A DNA stretch of 64,000 nucleotides. Origin: a virus. A model generated the notes under the pieces. It had not been told where the DNA came from, made no database searches, and worked only from the letters and a program-made list of their open reading frames with translations. Position numbers and translations under genes: made by a program. Below, in pieces: positions 48,463-57,655 of the stretch; within the stretch, counting starts at the first letter, position 1; the number at the start of each line of letters is the position of its first letter. The DNA is taken from positions 32,001 to 96,000 of the IMG/VR virus record IMGVR_UViG_3300028392_000034; one strand, written 5' to 3'.

Positions 48463-48615
48463 ATGAAAAACAAAATGACTGTAGCAGACTTGATCGAAAT
48501 ACTCCGCACTATGCCTGCTGACGCCACGGTAATCGCACATGACAGCGACTGGGGTTATACTGCACCTCTAGTGGAGATGGATGACGACGGCGAAGTTGTA
48601 ATATCAGCAGGTTGA
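48463..48615 (+). CDS. Small early protein (50 aa, not in the ORF track)
   Basis: MKNKMTVADLIEILRTMPADATV...; its stop codon lies inside the next -35 box. Confidence 0.75.
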   Translation: MKNKMTVADLIEILRTMPADATVIAHDSDWGYTAPLVEMDDDGEVVISAG

Positions 48616-48664
48616 CCCAAAATAGCCCTTTTGTTATAATACTTGTATAGAAACTAAAAAGGAG
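48610..48664 (+). promoter_or_regulatory. Repeated early promoter-RBS unit (copy 4)
   Basis: TTGACC-N17-TATAAT plus the identical 32-mer. Confidence 0.85.
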
Positions 48665-48669
48665 CGGAA

Positions 48670-48987
48670 ATGATCGACTCAAAACGCAAAGAAGATTTTT
48701 ATGTTGACGAAACCAACAGCAAGTCTGGCCCTGTGGTACGTTGGAACAGCAACGATCGTATTCCGTTTGGTGACATGTTGGCAGAGTTTGCTCATGCTGG
48801 TTGGATTTCTGTGCAAACGGTTGAGAACAGTTTGGCTCAGCGTAAAGTCGAAGACCGCATCGCACTTGAGGCTTATGCTAAAAACTACAAAGGCCCAAGC
48901 CAAGAAGACCTGTTTGAAATGCGAGCCGCATTTGGCTCTGGTGCTCGTGTAGTAAATGTTTTAACCGGCCACGAATATACCGTTTAA
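48670..48987 (+). CDS. Early hypothetical protein
   Basis: Follows the promoter repeat; EMRAAFG...VVNVLTG. Confidence 0.7.
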   Translation: MIDSKRKEDFYVDETNSKSGPVVRWNSNDRIPFGDMLAEFAHAGWISVQTVENSLAQRKVEDRIALEAYAKNYKGPSQEDLFEMRAAFGSGARVVNVLTGHEYTV

Positions 48988-48996
48988 GGAGACAAG

Positions 48997-49323
48997 ATGA
49001 AATTTACAAATAAAGCCAATGCCAACATGACCAGCCTCAAAGGTGAGTTTGTAATTACTTTTGCAGAACTGACGGAAATTTTTGGACGACCTGATCATGG
49101 CCCTAATGCTGACTTAGACAAGGTCACTTGTGAATGGGCGTTGACGTTTGAAGACGGCACCATTGCCACTATCTATGATTGGAAAACAAACCGCACCCCA
49201 ATGGGTGAATACGAGTGGCACATTGGCGGCCACTCTGAAGCGGCTGTAGACCGTGTCGTGGACACCATTGCCATGCATCGTGACCAACTGGTCAGTATGA
49301 TTAGAGGGTATCAAGGCGCATGA
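48997..49323 (+). CDS. Hypothetical phage protein
   Basis: AAGGAG RBS; DKVTCEW...TIYDWK...WHIGG. Confidence 0.7.
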   Translation: MKFTNKANANMTSLKGEFVITFAELTEIFGRPDHGPNADLDKVTCEWALTFEDGTIATIYDWKTNRTPMGEYEWHIGGHSEAAVDRVVDTIAMHRDQLVSMIRGYQGA

Positions 49324-49676
49324 AAGTATTCCAAGAAACCACAGAGTGGGGCATTCCAGGTGCTAAAAATCACATCTACTTTTTGTCGGATTCAAAGGAC
49401 AAGATGTATGCTTACATCAATAAGGAAGGTCGCATTGACGAAGTAAAGACGCCTTACCGATTCCATATCAAGGGCCGTAAATTTAAAGAAGTTGCCAACA
49501 CCTGGGGATTCTTTCCTAGAGAAGAATTAGAGTCAGTTGGAGAAACTCATCGGGTTGCAGGTAGCAAGGGTTCTGTTTATACAGTTACAAACGATCGTGG
49601 ATCGTGGACTTGCACTTGCCCGGCTTCAAAATGGCAAAAGGGCGACTGCAAACATATCGTGCAGTTAAAAGGTTAA
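49320..49676 (+). CDS. SWIM zinc-finger protein
   Basis: GSKGSVYTV...WTCTCP...CKHI. Confidence 0.75.
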   Translation: MKVFQETTEWGIPGAKNHIYFLSDSKDKMYAYINKEGRIDEVKTPYRFHIKGRKFKEVANTWGFFPREELESVGETHRVAGSKGSVYTVTNDRGSWTCTCPASKWQKGDCKHIVQLKG

Positions 49677-50794
49677 GGTCGGGTTATCAAATGCAAGAAT
49701 TCAGGCCGAGATTTTCTTATGGTTTGATCCAGGTTTGATATACACACCTGCCGCTCACACACAACAGACTGGTTTAAAAACGCAATTTTGGAACCCAGTT
49801 GTCCAATAGGTCCGCCATTCTGACAAGGACCGCGATACACTAGACCGTCGAAATCCAAAAATAAACTGTCTACACCAACAAAACAGCGCCAGCCATGAAA
49901 TTGATTAGCATTGTTGGATACCATAGTATCTGAGTTGGTTTCTGTGTAGTTGAGATCTTGGTCCCAGACGCCGATGTTTTGCCAAGCCGTGGCCGGTATA
50001 TGGGTCGCAAGCCAGTCAAGTTCGTCAGCAGTGTAGAATGTTTCTTCGGCATACACTTGGTAGAGTCGACGATCCAACGTATCTTTTTCTAATTTTTTAT
50101 GTTGTGTTTGTTGTTCTAGGGTGTATACTTGTTTGAGTATTTCCTTTTTGGGTGTAGTTTGCCACTCTTCGTGGGTTTCATTCAACCATGGTCGTATACG
50201 CCTCAGTGTAAATTTTATACCATTTGATTCCAGTATTGGCATCACAACGTTTTCAACAAACTGTAGTTTTCCCGGCGCACACATGACCTGCACACTGATC
50301 CAATGTTCGGGGTATTTGTGATGCAGTTCGATAATTTTATGTAGAGTTGTCTGTGTTTCAGCTTCGGGTTTTTCTAAGTGCAAACTCACAGTTAGGTGAG
50401 TTAGATATTCCAGCGATTGTTTGTATAATTTCAACGGCATAGATCCATTGGTTATTGCCGACAGTTGATCACCAAATGCTGTGGCCTGATGAATTGTTCG
50501 GAGTATCTCCAGTATGTCAGGATGCACAAATGGTTCACCACCGGTTATGCTCATGTTGAATGTTTTGTTCTGCAAAGCAGCCCAGTCATTTACTTGGCCA
50601 ACAAAATTTCTTATGTGATCGATTGGGTGATGTGGGCTTACCCAGTCATGCACATACGGGCTACAATAACTACAATCGTAATTGCACCTCTTGCCTAGAT
50701 TCCAATTGACCAGAACCACTTGAGGTTCAATGTTGTTGGCGTGATGCTCGCTGCGGAGACTACGCAAGGCCACTAGATTTTTTTCCCAAGTCAT
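49673..50794 (-). CDS. Radical SAM protein
   Basis: CNYDCSYC, TGGEP, TNG, C-terminal Cys cluster. Confidence 0.85.
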   Translation of the reverse strand: MTWEKNLVALRSLRSEHHANNIEPQVVLVNWNLGKRCNYDCSYCSPYVHDWVSPHHPIDHIRNFVGQVNDWAALQNKTFNMSITGGEPFVHPDILEILRTIHQATAFGDQLSAITNGSMPLKLYKQSLEYLTHLTVSLHLEKPEAETQTTLHKIIELHHKYPEHWISVQVMCAPGKLQFVENVVMPILESNGIKFTLRRIRPWLNETHEEWQTTPKKEILKQVYTLEQQTQHKKLEKDTLDRRLYQVYAEETFYTADELDWLATHIPATAWQNIGVWDQDLNYTETNSDTMVSNNANQFHGWRCFVGVDSLFLDFDGLVYRGPCQNGGPIGQLGSKIAFLNQSVVCERQVCISNLDQTIRKSRPEFLHLITRP

Positions 50795-50831
50795 GCTAAT
50801 AGTTATGCTAGATTACGTATCTAGCAGTAAT

Positions 50832-51563
50832 TTAAAGGCCGAATCTTGATCGATAGTATTCAAAGTTTTGCGTGACTTCTGTGCCAGTTAGTGCTGAGTT
50901 GTAAAGATTAACAATGGCCAATCGGCCGCCCCAGAACCCACCCGAATCCCACCGTGTCATTAAACCATATCCAATTGAGAGATTGGCGGCACCACCAGGT
51001 GGCCTATTGGTAGTTTCGACCAGGGTGTTGTTTACATACAGGTTGAGAGTGGTGCCATCAAATGTGCCCACAATCTGATACCAGTTTCCCGGTGTTAGTG
51101 TATATGGGTCAGTGGTTTGGAATCCTGGACCATACCACCAGGTCTGTAAATCAGACGCATTATTAGTAGAACCCAGGCCAAGATTGATAGTGCCACCGCC
51201 GTATGGGTATTCTGTGAATATGTTGGGTCCAGAACCCACATTGGTTCCATCATAGTAATGCCATGCTTCGATTGACCACGCGGCCAAGGTGCCCAAGTTT
51301 GTGGGGCTGGCTGCATACTGTCCTGCGCTGGGCGTGAACTGTATGTATCCACCGTTGGCACTGTTGTATGTGGGACCGTTTACCAGTGTAAATGTCATTG
51401 ATCCAACTGTGTCAGTCCAGGTCGAGTAGCCTCCTGCTCCGGGATAACTGGCAGGATTGCCAGCGTCCAGACTCAGCACTTGGTTGGTCAACGGGGATGC
51501 TGATGAGGAAGTAACTGTTGCACCAGCTCCTATTGCAATTCCGGGTCCGATTGTTATGGTCAT
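50832..51563 (-). CDS. LamG/concanavalin-A-like virion protein
   Basis: LDAGNPASYPG, WYQIVGTFDG...LYVN, YNSALT..EV.QNF...R.RFGL. Confidence 0.8.
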   Translation of the reverse strand: MTITIGPGIAIGAGATVTSSSASPLTNQVLSLDAGNPASYPGAGGYSTWTDTVGSMTFTLVNGPTYNSANGGYIQFTPSAGQYAASPTNLGTLAAWSIEAWHYYDGTNVGSGPNIFTEYPYGGGTINLGLGSTNNASDLQTWWYGPGFQTTDPYTLTPGNWYQIVGTFDGTTLNLYVNNTLVETTNRPPGGAANLSIGYGLMTRWDSGGFWGGRLAIVNLYNSALTGTEVTQNFEYYRSRFGL

Positions 51564-51576
51564 ATTAGTATTCTGT

Positions 51577-54500
51577 TCAACTTATTTTGGTCCAACCGTA
51601 ACGCACAGTGACATTACCGCCGCTGGTGTTGCGGATACCAAAGTCAAATCTATTGGTAGTTGCACTGGGAGCCACACTGCTTCTCACAATAGTATTTGAT
51701 GTTCCTACGAACTGATTGGGTATGCTGGTAAAGTCAATGGGCGTTCCGCCACCGTTGTAGACCCAGGCAAACTGTTGTCCTATCACAGGCACGTTGGTAT
51801 TGGTCACAGTGGCAGTGGCGTTCCAAACCAAGATACCATTAGAGATATTGCAATCAACCCACATGCTATATGTGCCGCTATTCACAGTGAAACTCTGGGT
51901 GCTGTTGCCCACAGGCACGTCCCACGATCCTGTTACTTGAGTTGCAACATTAGATAATGTTGCACCATTACCAATGAAGTTAGCGGCTGTGATGTTGCCA
52001 GCTACACTTATAGTATTGCCATAGGTGATTTCCTTGCTGGAGGTATTGTAGAACATGACTTCAGCAATGTTTGAATTATCATTTCTAACTGGGGCTACTG
52101 TGAATGTGTTGGCAGTGGTTTGATCCAACGCATCACCAGTGGCATTCAATATGATTGAATTGTTGCCTTGATTATTGTAACCAGCTTTTTTACCAATTGC
52201 TATAGATTGCTGACCTTGATTTTGATTAGCGGCCTTAAAGCCAATAGCTATTGCCTCAATACCTTGTATATTAGCTCCAGTATCTGTGCCAATGGCCACT
52301 GCAGCTTGGCCTTGACCATTACCACCAGCGCCTGCTCCAATTGCTATTGAAATAAAACCTTGTAAAGTTTGTCCGGCTTCTTTACCGATGGCCACTGCAC
52401 TATTGCCTTGATTGTTATTAGCAGAACCAGCACCGATTGCCACAGAATAAGAACCCTGGCTAACATAGCCGGCACCGTTACCAATGGCCACTGAAAAAAC
52501 TTGTTGACTTACAGCGCCAGCAAAATTGCCCACTGCTACGCTATTTAATGATTGATTGATTTCTCCAGCGCCATATCCAATGGCAATAGTTCTTGCCGCT
52601 TGCCCAACATTTCCTGACAATGTGCCAATTGCAATAGCGCCGTCGCCTTGGGCACCTGCTCCTGAATATCCAATTGCCAGAGCATTATTACTACTGTCTT
52701 TGATCAAAGTTCCATTGGCCAGTGTAACAGTTCTGGTGCTGATATTATTAACACCAAGGATGTTGCCGCTGGTCAGGACAATATCACCGCCCGACCCAGA
52801 AGATACAATTAAATTTCCACCTGCTGGCAAAGTCAAATTACCGGTTTCGCTAAAGCTCCATTGGCGTTGTGCTCCGTTCCAGTCCGTTTGGATAAACGCA
52901 CCATCGTTGCCAACACCCATGTAAGTGTTGCCAGTGCTACCAGCAAGCTCTACGTAACTGTTGGCAGCGGCATAAAGATCGTAACCAGTGAATACTGCAC
53001 CATTTGGGAACGTGGTATTACCAGTATTGCCAAAGGCCCATGAGTTAGCACCAGAGTTAGTTTGAATATAAACACTGCTATTACCAGCCAAGGTTGCTGT
53101 GTTAGCGGCGTAGTCTAGCCCTAAGTTTACTTGATATGGATCCGCTATGTTGGCAGTCAAACCTACTGTGTCTGTTCCCAAAGTCCATACAGCACCACCG
53201 CCCGGCACAGTCAAGTTACCAGCAGTGTCAAATGTCCAGTTAGACTCAACAAAATTGTTGTTGCCTTGATTGCCCAGCACATTATATTGGGTGATAACAA
53301 ATGTGCCTCCGGTGCCTTCAGACACAGTAATAACATCACCATTAACATATCCTGAGCCCGGATTTACTACAGTGACACTTGCTAATTGGTTACTCAGTCC
53401 ATAGCCTATGCCTACCGTCATTCCTGTGCCTGAACCACCAGTGGTTGCCTTCAAAGCACTTCCAGTATTATATCCACTACCGCCAGTAACAATGGTACAA
53501 ATATTAAATTGTCCACCGGCTGTTAAGGTTAACCCTTCTAGATTGATCAATCTGCCATCTGTGCCAAATGTCCATTGTGCTGAGTTGCCTACCGCATCAT
53601 TGCTGTTGACCACAATATTGCCAGTGTTGGCCAATTTCACATAAAGATTGTCGCTGCCTAGATACAGTTCAGTGTTATACAAATTGCCTGTGGTAAGATG
53701 TAAATGATTGCCTTCGACAACATTGCCAGTTGGGTATATTGCCAATTGTTGATCAATATTGCCACCATCGGCAGGGGTAATAATCACTGCATTGCCAGAA
53801 TAAGTTGTGACTGGTCCTTCTGATACGACACCGCCCTGGGGTAGCGTTAAGTCACCACCTGACCCAAAGTCCCAAGCCTGTGTGTTGCCAACGTTGCCAG
53901 AATTGCTTGTGATTACTGTACCGAAAGCATCTATGTTTAGTTGACCCTGGTCTTCACGGATGTAAACACTTTGATCTGCGCTGAACACAATGCCAGCACC
54001 TTGACTGGCATTACCTGGGCCAATCAAGTTGCCTGTACCTGTTTCAAATGTCCAAGTTCCGTAGCCATCCGTGCCCACATTGACTACCAAATTGCCGTCT
54101 GCTGTGGCTATGTTGGCATAGCTGTTACCGTTGGCAATGAGATTGGTTGCTCCACCACCTGATCCACCGTAAGGATTGCCGTTGGCATAGTTGATGCTGG
54201 CAATGTTACTGGGTAGTGTTAAGTTACCGTTTTCATCAAAGGTCCAACGAAGTGGTATACCATCACTTGCTTTCTGATTTTCAATGAATACTTGAGGTTT
54301 GTTTATTAAATTATCTTTGAATGTTACATCTATCCAAGACCATGCATCATTAGGTCCAGTAGCAACATCTTCTACGTATACATCCCAAACACCTGCTGTT
54401 TGATACTCTACTGTTCTATAATTTCCAAATGTTGTAGTGAGTTGCAATGATGTATCAGAAGTTATGTTACCTGTAGGGAATATTGTAGTTCCATTATTTC

Positions 54501-56118
54501 TAAATGACCAAGTGCTTGCACCGGAACCAATGTTTACATTACCGTATTCTGCTAGGCCGTTGGCCGAACCGCCACCGGTGATACTTACAGCAGCACCTGG
54601 ACCTGCTTGGCCAAAACCACCAATGATATCAACAGCACCTCCGGTGCCGCTACCACCAACACCACCTGTTATCTGAACATATCCGCCCGAGGTAGTGCCA
54701 CCTTGACCGCCGGTGATTTCAATAAAGCCAGGAGCACCATTGCCTTGCGATTCACCACCATCCATACGGATATAACCGCCGGTGCCATCTGCTGGAGCAT
54801 AACCACCACGGATCTTGACGTCACCACCCGAACCGTTGTTGTTGCCACCACGACCAGCCCATAAGTAGATGTCACCACCTTCTCCGCCGTTGCTGTCTTC
54901 ACCTTTGCCAGGATTGATTACCAAGCGTTGGCTATTAATACCATCTGCATTGCTACCATCTGGAGTTGAGATAATGGCTTCTTGTGTGGCATCACCAAAC
55001 AACAGGGTTTGACCACTAATTGTGCCCGACGGATTGTCACCACGTTGCACTGTTATATTTGGGAATATGGTGCTACGATCCGCACCAAAGGTCCAGGTGC
55101 CTGTGGCTGTGTTGATTGCCACATTACCTGCATAGTTGCTGACTGTCAATGCTTCTACGTTGGCATTTTGATTTGCTGGCAAATAGACATCTGCGGCACC
55201 TTCAATACCGGGATTGATACGAATACCCTCTGTACCATATTCGGCACCGTTGTATTCACCAATGGTCCACTGACCGTCCAGGTAGCCGATCAAGTTGCCA
55301 AGACCGTATTGTATAGTATTGGCGGCGCCGCTTGGTGTGTTTGGTAGTGCAATGGCGCCATTTACAGTGACATTGCCGTCGACCAAAAAGCCATCCGGTG
55401 TGGTCACAGTGATATTCACACTGTTGACATTGGCATAGATACTGCCACTAGGATCTGGAATGTTGACTTCGCTGAATTCGTTAATCAGTTTGCTTGCTGT
55501 TCCAATGTTGGCAGAGGCCACAATTCCAGTTAGCCCAGATCCGTTTCCTGAATAGTTGTAGGAATAAATTGTGTTCCAACGCAGAGTAGGAGCACCCAAA
55601 TTACGGACATGAGTCTGATCCGGCACAATGTTGACATTGCTCTTGACCATACCCGTTCCATTAGGAGCCAACACCAAGTTACCGTTGGTATTTGTGGTTT
55701 TTATGGTGTTGCTGACCATTTGGATATTGCTACCAACCGGACCTGCCGCAAAAACTTGGTCAAAGTTTAGATTGGTATCATTGAAAGCTGTGCGTAGCGG
55801 ATCGCCTGTGCCGTCGTTTGGCAAAGTGCCAATGTTGATTATTTGTTGTCCGCCCGAGCTAAATGTGCCAGTCATGACACCCGTGGCTGTGGTCAACCCA
55901 ACGACAGCACCGCCGGGCAAGCTGGTCACTGTGATGGTGCTGGTTGGGTATCCCGGAACGACGGTGCCGATATAATAAGTAGCACCAGCGGTTATTCCGC
56001 CAAATGTGGTGCCCGAAAACACAATGGGCATGCCTGAAAACATGTTGGTCGCCGAGCTGACGGTAATCGTATCGGTGGTAGCATTGGTGGCTGTAGCGGT
56101 TACTGTATAGGTGGTCAT
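51577..56118 (-). CDS. Long modular tail fibre protein
   Basis: NIGTLPNDGTGDPLRTAF N-terminal motif; Gly/Asn/Thr-rich; Gly-rich repeats; YadA-head-like repeats. Confidence 0.85.
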   Translation of the reverse strand: MTTYTVTATATNATTDTITVSSATNMFSGMPIVFSGTTFGGITAGATYYIGTVVPGYPTSTITVTSLPGGAVVGLTTATGVMTGTFSSGGQQIINIGTLPNDGTGDPLRTAFNDTNLNFDQVFAAGPVGSNIQMVSNTIKTTNTNGNLVLAPNGTGMVKSNVNIVPDQTHVRNLGAPTLRWNTIYSYNYSGNGSGLTGIVASANIGTASKLINEFSEVNIPDPSGSIYANVNSVNITVTTPDGFLVDGNVTVNGAIALPNTPSGAANTIQYGLGNLIGYLDGQWTIGEYNGAEYGTEGIRINPGIEGAADVYLPANQNANVEALTVSNYAGNVAINTATGTWTFGADRSTIFPNITVQRGDNPSGTISGQTLLFGDATQEAIISTPDGSNADGINSQRLVINPGKGEDSNGGEGGDIYLWAGRGGNNNGSGGDVKIRGGYAPADGTGGYIRMDGGESQGNGAPGFIEITGGQGGTTSGGYVQITGGVGGSGTGGAVDIIGGFGQAGPGAAVSITGGGSANGLAEYGNVNIGSGASTWSFRNNGTTIFPTGNITSDTSLQLTTTFGNYRTVEYQTAGVWDVYVEDVATGPNDAWSWIDVTFKDNLINKPQVFIENQKASDGIPLRWTFDENGNLTLPSNIASINYANGNPYGGSGGGATNLIANGNSYANIATADGNLVVNVGTDGYGTWTFETGTGNLIGPGNASQGAGIVFSADQSVYIREDQGQLNIDAFGTVITSNSGNVGNTQAWDFGSGGDLTLPQGGVVSEGPVTTYSGNAVIITPADGGNIDQQLAIYPTGNVVEGNHLHLTTGNLYNTELYLGSDNLYVKLANTGNIVVNSNDAVGNSAQWTFGTDGRLINLEGLTLTAGGQFNICTIVTGGSGYNTGSALKATTGGSGTGMTVGIGYGLSNQLASVTVVNPGSGYVNGDVITVSEGTGGTFVITQYNVLGNQGNNNFVESNWTFDTAGNLTVPGGGAVWTLGTDTVGLTANIADPYQVNLGLDYAANTATLAGNSSVYIQTNSGANSWAFGNTGNTTFPNGAVFTGYDLYAAANSYVELAGSTGNTYMGVGNDGAFIQTDWNGAQRQWSFSETGNLTLPAGGNLIVSSGSGGDIVLTSGNILGVNNISTRTVTLANGTLIKDSSNNALAIGYSGAGAQGDGAIAIGTLSGNVGQAARTIAIGYGAGEINQSLNSVAVGNFAGAVSQQVFSVAIGNGAGYVSQGSYSVAIGAGSANNNQGNSAVAIGKEAGQTLQGFISIAIGAGAGGNGQGQAAVAIGTDTGANIQGIEAIAIGFKAANQNQGQQSIAIGKKAGYNNQGNNSIILNATGDALDQTTANTFTVAPVRNDNSNIAEVMFYNTSSKEITYGNTISVAGNITAANFIGNGATLSNVATQVTGSWDVPVGNSTQSFTVNSGTYSMWVDCNISNGILVWNATATVTNTNVPVIGQQFAWVYNGGGTPIDFTSIPNQFVGTSNTIVRSSVAPSATTNRFDFGIRNTSGGNVTVRYGWTKIS
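52171..52650 (-). repeat. Ten tandem 16-aa YadA-head-like repeats Q-x-x-x-(S/A)-(V/I)-A-(I/V)-G-x-x-(A/S/T)-(G/A)
   Basis: QGDGAIAIGTLSGNVG through QGQQSIAIGKKAGYNN. Confidence 0.8.
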
Positions 56119-56170
56119 GAGTCTAGTTAGCCTTTTTAGTTATTTATGGTAAAATAGCTATCCAGACGGC

Positions 56171-56200
56171 ATTGCACAATGTGCAATTCAGTGTTATACT
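56171..56200 (+). promoter_or_regulatory. sigma70 promoter with a perfect palindrome over the -35 box
   Basis: ATTGCACA-A-TGTGCAAT overlapping TTGCAC-N17-TATACT. Confidence 0.6.
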
Positions 56201-56247
56201 AGCATCAGCTGTTGTTAAACAGCGTTTAACATTGAAAGGTAAAAACA

Positions 56248-56511
56248 ATGAAACATTTTAATCCAGAAACCAAGACGTTCAAAGTATTCACAGCATTGCA
56301 ATCCGGCAAGGCTTTGACTGCTAGTCAAGCCAGTAAAATGGGCGTAAAAAACCTGTCAGCTGAAGTGAGCAGAATCCGTTCAAACGGTTTTGCCGTCTAT
56401 ACGAATTCTCGTAAAGCAGGCAACGGTGTTACTGTAACCGAATACGTGTTGGGCAAACCAAGCCGTAAATTAGTAGCCGCTGGCTACCGCGCTCTTGCAT
56501 TAGGTATCTAA
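56248..56511 (+). CDS. Small winged-HTH DNA-binding protein
   Basis: LQSGKALTASQA...NLSAEVSRIRSNGF...Y.LG.PSR. Confidence 0.65.
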   Translation: MKHFNPETKTFKVFTALQSGKALTASQASKMGVKNLSAEVSRIRSNGFAVYTNSRKAGNGVTVTEYVLGKPSRKLVAAGYRALALGI

Positions 56512-56550
56512 TACCCTTCCGCTGTCCAATTCAGACTGGACACTGAGCCC

Positions 56551-56576
56551 AAACCCCGTGCAATGCGGGGTTTTTT
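56551..56576 (+). terminator. Rho-independent terminator
   Basis: AAACCCCG-TGCAATG-CGGGGTTTTTT. Confidence 0.8.
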
Positions 56577-56582
56577 CTTGAC

Positions 56583-56620
56583 TTGACCATTAAATTCATT
56601 TCCTGTATAATACTTGTATG
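56583..56620 (+). promoter_or_regulatory. Early promoter of the repeat family, leaderless variant
   Basis: TTGACC-N17-TATAAT-ACTTGT-ATG. Confidence 0.7.
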
Positions 56621-57073
56621 CTAAAACATCTATTCAAACGCCTGGGAAGATATAGGGTTATTATGGATCGCGAAAACAACGAACCATACCTGGAACGCTA
56701 TTATCTTTTTCTTCGAGATCGTACTTGGTTTCCATTCAATGTGTTTTTACACAAATTTTTAAAAAGTGATCCTGACCATGTGCATGATCATCCATGGCCC
56801 TATGCAACCGTAATTTTGCGTGGCGGCTACTGGGAATGGGTTCCGCAATTTGATGCAAACGGTCACAAAATTTGTGAAATTGCCAAATGGCGCAGACCCG
56901 GTCATGTTCGCATTTGCAGTGCTGACTCGTACCATCGAATCGAACTAGACCCTAGTGTTGTTACCTGGACCCTATTCATGCCAGGACCCAAACAGCGTGA
57001 TTGGGGCTTTTTGGTTCGCAATCGCTGGATACAACATGAACAGTATTTTGCTCAACGACAAGCCATTAAATAA
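56618..57073 (+). CDS. Cupin-fold protein
   Basis: SDPDHVHDHPW...GGYWE...HRIEL...WTLF...WGF. Confidence 0.7.
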   Translation: MLKHLFKRLGRYRVIMDRENNEPYLERYYLFLRDRTWFPFNVFLHKFLKSDPDHVHDHPWPYATVILRGGYWEWVPQFDANGHKICEIAKWRRPGHVRICSADSYHRIELDPSVVTWTLFMPGPKQRDWGFLVRNRWIQHEQYFAQRQAIK

Positions 57074-57077
57074 CAGC

Positions 57078-57653
57078 ATGACGTTAAAACCCTATCATCA
57101 ACTTGATTGTCCAGACGATCTGCAGAAAACTATTTCTGAAAAAACCATTGATTTTTTAAAAACAAAACATGATATTTTAAATGTAACAAAACCCTCGCTG
57201 TGGAACAAATTGGACACAGTAGAGTTTGTTCGAGCAGTTCCGGAGTTAGCACAATATTTCAAAACTCTCAAGTTGCAATTAAGAGAAGTGGCATTTACAA
57301 TTTGTGTCAGTAACGAAAATGCCAATCTACACATTGATGAATTACCAGTGACTGCTAAAATTAACTTTCCTATTTTGAATACCCAAGACAGTCGAAATTT
57401 ATGGTATTCGGTTCCGGCGGAATTAATGTCTCAAGTGAAACCGATCGTAAACAAATTTGGTGCAGCCTATTACGATCTAAGTGCAATTGATCTTAGCCAG
57501 TGCCAACAACTTGCTTCGGTAGAAGTTTTAAAACCAGTGGTATTTAACAGTCAAATTCCACACACGATTGACATGTCTAAATGTCAATCATTTCCAAGAG
57601 TAGTGTTAACCTGTATGTTTTTTAAAGAACCCGTCGATTTTCTTAAGGAGTAA
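57078..57653 (+). CDS. Hypothetical protein, possible 2OG-Fe(II) oxygenase fold
   Basis: LHID...INFP...FNSQIPH...PR; TAAATA box 5 nt before the ATG. Confidence 0.45.
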   Translation: MTLKPYHQLDCPDDLQKTISEKTIDFLKTKHDILNVTKPSLWNKLDTVEFVRAVPELAQYFKTLKLQLREVAFTICVSNENANLHIDELPVTAKINFPILNTQDSRNLWYSVPAELMSQVKPIVNKFGAAYYDLSAIDLSQCQQLASVEVLKPVVFNSQIPHTIDMSKCQSFPRVVLTCMFFKEPVDFLKE

Positions 57654-57655
57654 CT

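Noticed and set aside
52556-55975. Many + strand ORFs opposite the tail fibre, and similar shadow ORFs elsewhere (5065, 39493, 58561)
   Set aside because: They are antisense to well-supported genes, have no RBS or motifs, and are expected from codon bias.
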